This document shows positions 19,194-28,453 of a stretch of 64,000 bases of DNA, piece after piece. The notes below the pieces were generated by a model, which saw only the letters and a program-made list of their open reading frames with translations, was not told where the DNA came from and searched no databases. The stretch's first letter is position 1. Each line of letters begins with the position of its first letter. A program made the translations under genes and the position numbers. This DNA comes from Clostridiaceae bacterium DTU079 (GTDB taxonomy: Bacteria; Bacillota; Clostridia; Acetivibrionales; Acetivibrionaceae), in assembly GCA_001512505.1 (NCBI GenBank), contig LFSC01000009.1:4201-68200 (forward strand). Reading direction: 5' to 3'.

Positions 19194-20031
19194 CTCCTTT
19201 CAATCCAAATTCCTTTGAAAGCCTCTCAGTAACCTGAGCTGCAAACTTTTCATCCATTTCAGATATAATCTGAGCCACTGCATCCTTTTTCATGTTCTTT
19301 AGCACATTAACCACTAAATCCATTTGCGAACTGCCCAGTTGTTCAAAAATTTTAGCAGCAGCATCCGCATCCATCTTCTCATATATCTGTGCAAACTGCT
19401 TTGCCTGTTCATCAGCTTTCTGCTCTTCAAGTATCTTAGCATACAAGCTATTAGCAGTGTTTTTATCCATCTTTTCGAAATACTCTTTAAACCCTTCCTT
19501 ATCTTCTCTTGCCATTAATTCTTCCATTTTTCTTATTTCTGCTTTCAGTTTGTTACTTTCTGCTTCCAATCTGGCCCTTTCTTCTTCCATATCCTTTTTT
19601 AGCTTTTCGTTTTCGGCCGTTAACTCCTCTGTACTTACCTGAACTTTTTTAAGCTCATCCAATTCCTTTTTTGCTTTCTCCAGTTCCGATGATAGCTCAG
19701 CATTTTTTCTTCTGAACTCCTTATACTTAGCTATCAGCTCCTTCTGGCTCAGGTTTTCAGGAGCAAGGGGATCGTAATCTTCCGGAGCTGGAGGTAAAGC
19801 ATGCTTGAGCACAGGTATTCCCTTTATCTGATTCCTGTATTTATCTGCAAATCCGCTGGCATTGCTTCGAATAATAATCCAAAAAACACCTAAAATAACA
19901 CAGGCTACAACAACCAGTGATATTACCAGAATAAGTACTCCGAGCAAAATGCCATTCTTTTTTTTCACTTTCTGATCTGTTAAACTTGCCGCCAGAACGG
20001 GGCTTATTTTGCTTTCGTTTTCTTTTGCCAT
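19174..20031 (-). CDS. YlxF-like flagellar operon protein: membrane-anchored coiled coil with an MgtE-N/PDP-like C-terminal domain
   Basis: 285-aa ORF with one TM helix (GILLGVLILVISLVVVACVILGVFWIII), a long K/E coiled coil, and the C-terminal segment AAKIFEQLGSSQMDLVVNVLKNMKKDAVAQIISEM. Occupies the position of ylxF between fliJ and fliK. Confidence 0.65.
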   Translation of the reverse strand: MAKENESKISPVLAASLTDQKVKKKNGILLGVLILVISLVVVACVILGVFWIIIRSNASGFADKYRNQIKGIPVLKHALPPAPEDYDPLAPENLSQKELIAKYKEFRRKNAELSSELEKAKKELDELKKVQVSTEELTAENEKLKKDMEEERARLEAESNKLKAEIRKMEELMAREDKEGFKEYFEKMDKNTANSLYAKILEEQKADEQAKQFAQIYEKMDADAAAKIFEQLGSSQMDLVVNVLKNMKKDAVAQIISEMDEKFAAQVTERLSKEFGLKGGEKNDQ

Positions 20032-20066
20032 ATTTTATCTCCCGAATAAACTATTGTAATTTATAT

Positions 20067-20540
20067 TCACACATGTCCCATATTAAAGCTTATAATTTCA
20101 TCATTATGCTTCTGTTCTTCCTTTAACTGATCTTTCAAGTATTCCTCATACTTTTTTTCCCTAAGTTTATCGAGCATTTTTTTCTCTTGCATGGCTTTAA
20201 TCAATTTTTCCCTATATTTATCGACATTGTTCTTTGCCTGTATTACATTGTCTTGCTGAAGTTTTACTCTGTCATTCAAATGGGATATATAATTCCCGTA
20301 TTCCCGAAGCTTTGAGATGGAAATACCCTTTTCATACATTTGATTTATATTGAAAATATATACTTCTCTTTCCTCGATAAGTCCGTTAAGTATTCTTTTT
20401 TGTCTCTCCATTTCCTGAATCGCTCTGCCCAATTCATTCTTCAGGCTTTGCTCAAGCTGTGTCTTTAAATTCAGCAGGGACTGCAATCTGAAAACAAATT
20501 TACCCACAGTCATCACCTGTCCTATTCCCATCGCATACAA
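20067..20540 (-). CDS. fliJ: Flagellar export chaperone FliJ
   Basis: 157-aa coiled-coil ORF after fliI. The FRLQSLLNLK start motif is typical of FliJ. The true start is probably the internal Met at 20513 (MTVGKFVF). Confidence 0.8.
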   Translation of the reverse strand: MYAMGIGQVMTVGKFVFRLQSLLNLKTQLEQSLKNELGRAIQEMERQKRILNGLIEEREVYIFNINQMYEKGISISKLREYGNYISHLNDRVKLQQDNVIQAKNNVDKYREKLIKAMQEKKMLDKLREKKYEEYLKDQLKEEQKHNDEIISFNMGHV

Positions 20541-20593
20541 AGTGTGTTTTTAAAACAGTAATTCCATGTATTCAGAATTTCTAATAAACCATA

Positions 20594-21907
20594 TCAAGCC
20601 AAAATGCTTTTCAGTATTCCAAATGTCTCATCAAAGCTATATTTTTCAGAAACCCCCTGCTCGATGAATGACTGTATTTTATCGATAACACTGATGGCAT
20701 AATCTATCTTCTCACTGCTTCCCTTTACATAGGCACCGATGTTTATCAGGTCCTCCGCTTCCCGGTATATCGCCATGGCCTTCTTAACCTCATTGGCAAT
20801 GCTCAAGTGCTCATTAGTTACCACATCGGGCATAACCCTGCTCACGCTGGCCAAAACATCTATTGCAGGATACTGGCTTTTGTTAGCCAACGCCCTGGAA
20901 AGAACAATATGCCCATCCAGAATTCCTCTCGCGGTATCGGTTACCGGTTCGGTAAGGTCATCACCGTCAACCAACACTGTGTATAGTCCTGTTATTGAAC
21001 CTGATCCGGAATTGCCCGATCTTTCCAATAGCTTTGGCAATACGGCAAATACCGACGGTGTATATCCCCTTGAAACCGGAGGCTCTCCAATTGCCAGTCC
21101 CACTTCTCTCTGAGCCATGGCAAATCTTGTTAGTGAGTCCATCAATAGAAGCACATCTTTTCCCTGATCTCTGAAGTACTCTGCTATGGAAGTAGCCAGC
21201 AACGCACCCTTTAACCTTACAAGTGCCGGTTGGTCGGAGGTCGCAACCACAACAACAGATCTTTTGAGTCCCTCTTCCTTAAGATCCTTCTCAATAAACT
21301 CCCTGACTTCCCTTCCTCTTTCTCCGATAAGAGCTATTACGTTTATATCCGCCTTTGTGTTTCTGGCTATCATACCTATCAGTGTACTCTTTCCCACACC
21401 GCTCCCTGCGAAAATCCCTATTCTCTGACCCTTTCCTACGGTCAGCAGTCCATCTATACATTTAACGCCTAACGCTAACGGTTCCTTGATCCGGTTTCTA
21501 TCCAGAGGCTTCGGCGGATCATTTTCAACAGGATATGTACACTCGTGGTCTATTCCTCCCTTGCCGTCTATCGGATTTCCCATGCCGTCAATCACCCTGC
21601 CCATAAGCCCGCTGCCGACACCAATTGACAGATAATCACCCGATGCAACAACTTTGCTCCCCGGTCCGATTCCGCTCATATCACCCAATGGCATCAAAAG
21701 TACCCTGTTGTCCCTAAAACCCACCACCTCTGCAGGAATAGTCTTATTCTCTCTTAAAGCACTTATTTTACATATTTCCCCAATATTGACCTCAGGTCCG
21801 TTGGACTCAATTGTCAGACCTACTACCTTTGTTACCTTTCCTATATACTCAATTAAATTTGTTTTCTCCAAAACCTCATGATATTTTTGAAAGTTTACAG
21901 CAGTCAT
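20594..21907 (-). CDS. fliI: Flagellum-specific ATPase FliI
   Basis: 437-aa ORF with Walker A (GIFAGSGVGKSTL) and Walker B (VLLLMDSLTR), homologous to the F1-ATPase beta subunit. Confidence 0.97.
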   Translation of the reverse strand: MTAVNFQKYHEVLEKTNLIEYIGKVTKVVGLTIESNGPEVNIGEICKISALRENKTIPAEVVGFRDNRVLLMPLGDMSGIGPGSKVVASGDYLSIGVGSGLMGRVIDGMGNPIDGKGGIDHECTYPVENDPPKPLDRNRIKEPLALGVKCIDGLLTVGKGQRIGIFAGSGVGKSTLIGMIARNTKADINVIALIGERGREVREFIEKDLKEEGLKRSVVVVATSDQPALVRLKGALLATSIAEYFRDQGKDVLLLMDSLTRFAMAQREVGLAIGEPPVSRGYTPSVFAVLPKLLERSGNSGSGSITGLYTVLVDGDDLTEPVTDTARGILDGHIVLSRALANKSQYPAIDVLASVSRVMPDVVTNEHLSIANEVKKAMAIYREAEDLINIGAYVKGSSEKIDYAISVIDKIQSFIEQGVSEKYSFDETFGILKSILA

Positions 21908-21939
21908 AAAGCCTCCACACCCCGTTATTGAGGTTTGAA

Positions 21940-22707
21940 CTATTTATTCACAACTCTTTCAAAGGCTTCTTCAATTTTTTTCATTTTTGTGTTCACTCCC
22001 GAATCCACACTTCCAAATGTAGTTTCCAGTATCAAGTCCCCAGGCTTCAAAGACTTATCTTCAATAATATCAAGTCCGTTTATTCCTTCAGTCATTGAAA
22101 GAATTTTATCCATGTTTTCCTCTATAAAGCCGTAATCTTTTGAAGAAACCTTTAAAGCCAAACCTTCGCGGTTTGAACATTTTTCAAAAGCCTGTCTCAC
22201 CAGATTCAGCAAATAGTCTTGGTTTATATTTATTTCATCATCGATAACTTTTTTGCTGACACCTATAATTACGTCAACAGCATCCTTTTCTATGCCCTCA
22301 AGTACTTCCCTGTATTCCTTCAAAGCATTTTCCTTAACCGTCTCCGCTTCCCGGATAAGATCTTCATATTGCTTTTTTGCTTCCTCATAACCCTTTTCAT
22401 AGCCCTTTTCGTAGCCCTTTTGTCGTGATTCTTCCTCAATCAAAGACTTTAACTCTTCGGCTTTCTTTCTTGCATTCTCAATTATTCTGTCCGCTTCGAG
22501 CTCAGCCTCTTTTATTATGGATTCGGCTTCAAGTCTGGTTTTTTCCAATACTTCCTGTGCATCTTCAACCTTATTTTTTACAGCTTCAAAATCAGGTCCG
22601 ATATGCACTGCATTGGCTCTCTTGATATTCTGATAGTTCAGAGGTACTCTTATTTGAACCGGAATTCCAATATTAATTTGATTGCTCTTAAATATCCTGT
22701 TATACAA
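21940..22707 (-). CDS. fliH: Flagellar assembly protein FliH
   Basis: 255-aa ORF with a charged coiled-coil middle and a FliH C-domain. Lies between fliG and fliI; overlaps fliG by 8 nt. Confidence 0.85.
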   Translation of the reverse strand: MYNRIFKSNQINIGIPVQIRVPLNYQNIKRANAVHIGPDFEAVKNKVEDAQEVLEKTRLEAESIIKEAELEADRIIENARKKAEELKSLIEEESRQKGYEKGYEKGYEEAKKQYEDLIREAETVKENALKEYREVLEGIEKDAVDVIIGVSKKVIDDEININQDYLLNLVRQAFEKCSNREGLALKVSSKDYGFIEENMDKILSMTEGINGLDIIEDKSLKPGDLILETTFGSVDSGVNTKMKKIEEAFERVVNK

Positions 22708-23722
22708 TTATTTCATCTCCTCCGCCTCTGGAGATTACTATCTCTCCTGTTTCTTCAAGCTTTCTGATGATATTGACAATCTTTTGCTGTGCCTCGTCAA
22801 CATCTTTAACCCTTACAGGACCCATAAATTCCATATCTTCCTTCATCATCTCAACAAGACGCTTGGACATGTTGGAGAATATCTTGTTCTTAACTTCTTC
22901 CGTAGTACCTTTAAGGGCAATTGCAAGCTGATTGTTGTCAACCTCTCGCAGAAATCTTTGAACAAAGCGGTTATCCATGGTAAGAATATCTTCAAATACA
23001 AACATTCTTTTCTTAATTTCTTCTGCAAGATCGGTGTCTTCAATTTCAAGGGTTTCCATGATATACTTTTCAGTTCCCCTGTCAACACTATTTAAGATAT
23101 CCACTATTGCCTGAACACCGCCGGCAGTTGTAAAGTCTCCGGTAACGAGAGAAGAAAGCTTTTTCTCAAGAACCCTCTCAACCTCCTTGATTACCTCAGG
23201 AGATGTCCTGTCCATTGTCGCTATTCTTCGTGCAACATCAGCCTGTTTCTCCTGCGGAAGTGAAGATAAAACCACTGAAGATTGCTGAGGCTTCAAGTAT
23301 GCCAAAATTAATGCTATTGTCTGAGGATGCTCGTTCTGTATAAAATTTAATAATTGCGAAGGATCAGCCTTTCTCACAAAGTCAAAAGGCTTCACCTGAA
23401 GAGAAACAGTGAGCTTATTCAGTACATCCAATGCTTTCTGTGTTCCTAAAGCTTTCTCCAGTATTTCCTTGGCATAATTTATACCGCCTTCTGCAATATA
23501 ATCCCGTGCAAGGCATAACTGGTAGAATTCCTCCAATACCTTCTCCTTTTCATCCGGTGTCACTGCCCTTATATTGGCAATTTCAAGGGTAAGCTGCTCT
23601 ATTTCTTCCTCTTTAAGATGCTTAAAGATTTCCGCAGACTTCTCAGGTCCAAGGGCAATCAACAGCATTGCCGCCTTTTCTCTTCCGGATAATTCTGTTT
23701 TGGCAGATGCGCTTCGAGCCAC
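22700..23722 (-). CDS. fliG: Flagellar motor switch protein FliG
   Basis: 340-aa ORF with the armadillo-like FliG pattern (GREKAAMLLIALGPEKSAEIFKHL ... MFVFEDI ... C-terminal torque helix region). Confidence 0.96.
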   Translation of the reverse strand: MARSASAKTELSGREKAAMLLIALGPEKSAEIFKHLKEEEIEQLTLEIANIRAVTPDEKEKVLEEFYQLCLARDYIAEGGINYAKEILEKALGTQKALDVLNKLTVSLQVKPFDFVRKADPSQLLNFIQNEHPQTIALILAYLKPQQSSVVLSSLPQEKQADVARRIATMDRTSPEVIKEVERVLEKKLSSLVTGDFTTAGGVQAIVDILNSVDRGTEKYIMETLEIEDTDLAEEIKKRMFVFEDILTMDNRFVQRFLREVDNNQLAIALKGTTEEVKNKIFSNMSKRLVEMMKEDMEFMGPVRVKDVDEAQQKIVNIIRKLEETGEIVISRGGGDEIIV

Positions 23723-23740
23723 ATTAATACCCCCTAAGCT

Positions 23741-25306
23741 TTAATCCCAGTCCTCTGACAACCAGTTTCTAAGAAGCTGTGCAACAGACTCGGGTTTCTC
23801 TTTCACGAACCTCTCAATTTGCTTCTTGATTTCCGATCGTTCTTCAAAACTAATAGCCGGAACATCATCCTTCATTTCATCCCCGTCAATACTTGCTCCA
23901 TTGGCTGTAGCAAGCTGTGGTGCCAATTCCGGCTCCTGATCCTTCTTCTTCCTCGGTATAAGAGCAAGCATAAGTCCTATAGTTAGAAGTAACATCAATA
24001 TAAAGAATCCATAGTCATCAAGAAATGCTTTAATGTTTTCCCAGGCTGATGTAACATCCTTTTCCGTTGGAGCTAGTTTTTGCTTATCAACGGATATCCT
24101 GGAAACAGGTATACCCGTTGCAGTGCTAAGGCTTTGTTTAAACTGATCGATAAACTCCTGAGTCAGTCTACTGTCATCAGGAACTCTGTCCCCATACCAC
24201 AGTGCAACGGTCATCGACGATTCTTCAAAATTTATTGTCCCGATGGCTTTCTCCTGTGCAGTCAAAGTCTCGGTAAAAATTCTGTTAATTATTTCTGAAT
24301 TTTTATTGTAAGAAGAATTATTTCCCCCATCTAAAGGATATCCCGGAATCTGCCCTGTTCCCGGGTTTGTATCCATTCCCGGAGCTTGTGCGGAAGAGCC
24401 GTTCTCCAACTGCTCCTTGTTCCTTTCCTCACTTACTATAGCTTCATCCAATCCGGTGGGCTTTTCAATCTCTTTTCTGTTTGTTGTTACTTTGTCCAGG
24501 TCCAGAACAGGATTTACGGCTACACTTATAAAGTCATAACTGTCCGAACGCCCTGAATAAAGCTTTTTTATATTTTTCTCCATCTCCTCTTTTACGCTAA
24601 GCAAAAGCTTGTAATGGCTTGTGGGAATACTCATTCCGTCATTCAAGTCCCGATTTAGTATATTAAAGTTGTTGTCCACCACCGTAACGTTTTTCGGGTC
24701 CAACCCTTCTATGGATGATGCCACTACTCTTACAATACCTTCAACCTGCTCCGGAGTTATTTCTCCCTTTGGGTTTATTCTAACGGATGCCTTTGCCTCT
24801 TTTTTGTCTTCAATAAAAAACATGGAATCGTCCGGAATTGTAAGCTCCACATCGGCATCCTTAATATTGTCAAACATTTTCAATTTGGCAATAAGACTGT
24901 TTTTCTTGAAATTTTGCCAAAGCTGCTTTTTGTCGCTTTCCGTCGAACTAACATTAATTAAGCTCCAGGCGTCTTCAAAAGTCATTCCGCTCTCGGTCAA
25001 ACCCGCCGAGGCCAGTGCAAACTCTGCTTTATTCTTATCTCTGGAATCTACAAGGATCTGTCCCCTGTCACCCGGTTTATATTTAATGTTCTTTTCTTTC
25101 AATGCCTCTTCTATTTCAGCAAGGTCTTTGGAATCATAAACAGTCATAAGCGGTACGTATGTGGTTCTAGTAAGTAAAATTATACCTATTGTAATCGCAG
25201 CCAATAATATTCCGGATGTTATGTAAATTCTAATTCTCTGGGATTTGTCAAGATTTTTCCAGAAATCCGTAAACTGCTCCTTTATTCTTGATAACGCCTC
25301 AGGCAT
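23741..25306 (-). CDS. fliF: Flagellar MS-ring protein FliF
   Basis: 521-aa ORF with two TM helices flanking a large periplasmic region, and a C-terminal FliG-binding tail (ESVAQLLRNWLSED). Confidence 0.95.
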   Translation of the reverse strand: MPEALSRIKEQFTDFWKNLDKSQRIRIYITSGILLAAITIGIILLTRTTYVPLMTVYDSKDLAEIEEALKEKNIKYKPGDRGQILVDSRDKNKAEFALASAGLTESGMTFEDAWSLINVSSTESDKKQLWQNFKKNSLIAKLKMFDNIKDADVELTIPDDSMFFIEDKKEAKASVRINPKGEITPEQVEGIVRVVASSIEGLDPKNVTVVDNNFNILNRDLNDGMSIPTSHYKLLLSVKEEMEKNIKKLYSGRSDSYDFISVAVNPVLDLDKVTTNRKEIEKPTGLDEAIVSEERNKEQLENGSSAQAPGMDTNPGTGQIPGYPLDGGNNSSYNKNSEIINRIFTETLTAQEKAIGTINFEESSMTVALWYGDRVPDDSRLTQEFIDQFKQSLSTATGIPVSRISVDKQKLAPTEKDVTSAWENIKAFLDDYGFFILMLLLTIGLMLALIPRKKKDQEPELAPQLATANGASIDGDEMKDDVPAISFEERSEIKKQIERFVKEKPESVAQLLRNWLSEDWD

Positions 25307-25450
25307 GAATTCACCACCTTTAATATCAGTTATTCATCTTTCGTAGTATAAACTGCGGTCTAAAAGTACAGATCTAATGCAAATTCTCATCAAAATTCTC
25401 TGCTGGGTCATTCAAACTTTATCCCGGCGATACTACTACACAGGTGGATT

Positions 25451-25762
25451 TTAAATTTGAATTCTCATTATTTCACTATATGCATCCAAAATCTTGTTTC
25501 TGATTTGCATAGTAAACTGAAGGGCTATATCTGCTTTTTGTGCAGCAATCATCACCTGATGAATATTATCGGTTCTGCCTGCCGCAAACTCCTCGGCAAT
25601 ATAAGTAGCTTGCCTTTCAAGCTCACTAACATTTTTTAAGGCATTATTCAAGAATTCACCAAAAGTCCCTACTATGTTATCGTTCTTATTATTTCCGGAA
25701 AAATCTAATTGAGGAATTGCTAAGGATTTTAAATCAATAGAATTTATTGTATTGACAGACAT
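25451..25762 (-). CDS. fliE: Flagellar hook-basal body protein FliE
   Basis: 103-aa ORF with the C-terminal FliE consensus (HQVMIAAQKADIALQFTMQIRNKILDAYSEIMRIQI). Confidence 0.93.
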   Translation of the reverse strand: MSVNTINSIDLKSLAIPQLDFSGNNKNDNIVGTFGEFLNNALKNVSELERQATYIAEEFAAGRTDNIHQVMIAAQKADIALQFTMQIRNKILDAYSEIMRIQI

Positions 25763-25883
25763 AATACCCTCCTTGAATTAAATCACGGAAATTTCCTTGC
25801 TATGAGCTTGCTGAAAATAATATCTTCTTCATAAATTATAAAAAAACAAGATAATATAAACCCTATACCTTACGGCATAAAGA

Positions 25884-26327
25884 TTATCTTCCAATTTCCA
25901 ACGCTTTCATCGCCATATCCTTTGAAGTATTTATTGATGTGACATTCGCCTCATATGCCCTTGTGGCAGAAATCATATTAACCATTTCGGTAATAATATC
26001 AATATTTGGCTTTAAAACATAACCTTCTTCATCGGCATCGGGATGTCCCGGATCATATTCTCTTCTAAAAGGTGATTGATCCTCCACAATAGCAGTCACA
26101 CGTACTCCGCTGCCTGCCGACCTGTCTGAAATGCTTTTTGATAAATAATCGGAAAAGGGAACGGAACCAGACTTTTCTTCAAACAAAACGGTTTTTCTCC
26201 TGTAGGGCTGGCCGTTTTCAGTTCTTGTGGTGTTTACGTTTGCAATATTCTGTGATATCGTATCCATCCTTAACCTTTGTGCCGTAAGGCCGGATGCGCT
26301 TATATCAAGAGAACTGAAATATCCCAT
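25884..26327 (-). CDS. flgC: Flagellar proximal rod protein FlgC
   Basis: 147-aa ORF with the rod N-terminal motif (SGLTAQRLRMDTISQNIANVNTT) and a conserved C-terminus. Confidence 0.96.
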   Translation of the reverse strand: MGYFSSLDISASGLTAQRLRMDTISQNIANVNTTRTENGQPYRRKTVLFEEKSGSVPFSDYLSKSISDRSAGSGVRVTAIVEDQSPFRREYDPGHPDADEEGYVLKPNIDIITEMVNMISATRAYEANVTSINTSKDMAMKALEIGR

Positions 26328-26333
26328 TTAGAT

Positions 26334-26741
26334 TCATCTCCCTTCGTTAATCACTGACTTGATTTTACTGAATTCGTTGCTGATTTTTTGGGCCATGACA
26401 TTATATCTAATAGTGTTTTTTGCCATTTCAGCCATTTCTACTTCAATATCGACATTGTTTCCGTCAAGTCTCATGCTTTGTGAATTTGCATCCACACCAA
26501 CTTTTATGTCAACATCTTCAACATCTTTTTTACCTACAGGTATATGCTTGGGATGTGATCTAATTCCCTTGATGCGACCGGACGTGGCATCATTGAGGTA
26601 TTCTTCAAATGCCACAGACTTTCTTTTGTAACCTGGGGTGTCGACATTTGCAATGTTCTGCGATATTGCTTCATTCCGTAACAATGCTGCATCCATCGAT
26701 TTCTCATAAATTCCTGTTGAGCTTAGGATCCTGTCCAACAT
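26334..26741 (-). CDS. flgB: Flagellar proximal rod protein FlgB
   Basis: The ORF track gives 26334..26792. I prefer the ATG at 26741 (MLDRILSS...) because GGAGGG lies 7 nt upstream. Contains the NEAISQNIANVDTPGYKRK rod motif. Confidence 0.93.
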   Translation of the reverse strand: MLDRILSSTGIYEKSMDAALLRNEAISQNIANVDTPGYKRKSVAFEEYLNDATSGRIKGIRSHPKHIPVGKKDVEDVDIKVGVDANSQSMRLDGNNVDIEVEMAEMAKNTIRYNVMAQKISNEFSKIKSVINEGR

Positions 26742-27062
26742 TGGATAATCCCTCCAATTTGACTTTGTTCTATTGCCGATAAATCGCATCATAATTTATT
26801 TCGACAAAGCAATATTTTTTCCTGCATTAATCTACAAAGAGCCAATGGTAATATTAACCCTGTACCTTCATGCAAGGAAATTCTACCTAATACACTATAT
26901 CGCTCCCCATATACAAATATCTCTTTGAATATTACAAATAAGAATACATTTTAATGAAATCTAAATTTATTACTAAACTCAGTTTCAAAAAATGTATGAT
27001 ATTAAATAGAACTGCATAAATCTAAGTTAGACAAAATTTTTAATTATATTTTGATATTTTCG

Positions 27063-27091
27063 ATATTATCATAAAAATAGAAAAAAAACAA
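27063..27091 (-). promoter_or_regulatory. Candidate sigma-A promoter for the fla/che operon
   Basis: Minus strand reads TTGTTT (27091-27086), a 17-nt spacer, then the extended -10 TGaTAATAT (27071-27063). It sits in a 350-nt very AT-rich spacer and would give a ~315-nt leader. Other weaker candidates exist. Confidence 0.3.
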
Positions 27092-27139
27092 GTATTTTTT
27101 TAAAAATTTACAATTACTTAAAAAAATAAATATATTTTT

Positions 27140-28453
27140 TTATTTATCTATTTCATTCAAGATACTTTTTACATCTTCTAAAGCCTTCATTGCCAATTCA
27201 TAATTCTTTTTTCTTTTATCCCTGGTCTTAATCTCGATTTTTTCCATAAGTCCAAAGTTTACATTCATAGGTTGAAAATCCTTTACACTGCTGTTGGAAA
27301 TATAATGGCTCAAAGCTCCGATGGCAGTGCTTTTGGGAAAAATGACGTCCTTTTTGCCCAACATGCTCATACAAGCATTTATTCCTGCCACCAAACCGGA
27401 AGAGGCAGATTCAACATATCCTTCCACACCGGTTATTTGGCCCGCGAAATATATATTGGGAGACTTTTTAAGCCTGTAAGTAGCATCCAAAAGCATAGGG
27501 GAATTTAAAAAAGTGTTTCTGTGCATAACCCCATACCTTACAAACTCAGCATTTTCCAATCCGGGTATCAGACTGAACACCCTTTTTTGCTCGGGCCATT
27601 TAAGCCTGGTCTGAAAACCCACCATGTTATATAGCGTTCCTTCACTGTTATCCTGCCTCAACTGAACTATTGCATAGGCTTCCTTTCCCGTATTGGGATC
27701 AATAATGCCCACAGGCTTTAACGGACCGAACCTTAATGTGTCGATTCCCCTTTTGGCCATAGTTTCCACAGGCATGCATCCCTCAAATACAATTTCCCTG
27801 TCAAAATCCTTTACTTCAGCCATTTCCGCATTAACCAGCTCATTCCAGAAGATTTCATATTCTTCTCTGTTCATAGGGCAATTGATATAGTCATCGGTCC
27901 CTCTGTTATAACGGGCTGCCTTAAAAGCCCGGTTCATATTTATTGACTCAAAAGTGACAATAGGAGCTGCTGCATCAAAAAAATGAAGATATTGTTCTCC
28001 AATGAAATCCCCAATATGCTTCGACAATGCATCGGAAGTCAGGGGACCCGTTGCAATAACAGTAATTCCCTCTTTCGGTATACTTGTTACCTCTTCATTT
28101 ATCACTTCAATATTTTCATTATCTCTGATACGCTCAGTCACCCTTTGGGAAAAACGTGTCCTGTCTACTGCAAGAGCTCCTCCCGCAGGCACTTTCGTGG
28201 CATCTGCACATTCCATTATTATCGAGCCTAAAAGCCTCATTTCTTCCTTTAATAATCCCACAGCATTTTCAAGCTGTGCAGAGCGTAAGGAGTTGCTGCA
28301 TACAAGCTCTGCAAAGGTATCCATATGATGTGCCGGGGAGTAGGCTTTCGGCTTCATCTCATAAAGCTTTACCTTTATTCCTCTTGAGGCTATTTGCCAA
28401 GCTGCTTCGCATCCTGCCAGACCGGCACCGATAACGTTTATATAATCAATCAT
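27140..28453 (-). CDS. trmFO: Methylenetetrahydrofolate-tRNA-(uracil54-C5)-methyltransferase TrmFO (Gid)
   Basis: FAD dinucleotide fold ([21 protein letters not shown]) and TrmFO-wide similarity. I place the start at Met14 (28453, with GGAGAGGAAA upstream) rather than 28492. Confidence 0.94.
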   Translation of the reverse strand: MIDYINVIGAGLAGCEAAWQIASRGIKVKLYEMKPKAYSPAHHMDTFAELVCSNSLRSAQLENAVGLLKEEMRLLGSIIMECADATKVPAGGALAVDRTRFSQRVTERIRDNENIEVINEEVTSIPKEGITVIATGPLTSDALSKHIGDFIGEQYLHFFDAAAPIVTFESINMNRAFKAARYNRGTDDYINCPMNREEYEIFWNELVNAEMAEVKDFDREIVFEGCMPVETMAKRGIDTLRFGPLKPVGIIDPNTGKEAYAIVQLRQDNSEGTLYNMVGFQTRLKWPEQKRVFSLIPGLENAEFVRYGVMHRNTFLNSPMLLDATYRLKKSPNIYFAGQITGVEGYVESASSGLVAGINACMSMLGKKDVIFPKSTAIGALSHYISNSSVKDFQPMNVNFGLMEKIEIKTRDKRKKNYELAMKALEDVKSILNEIDK

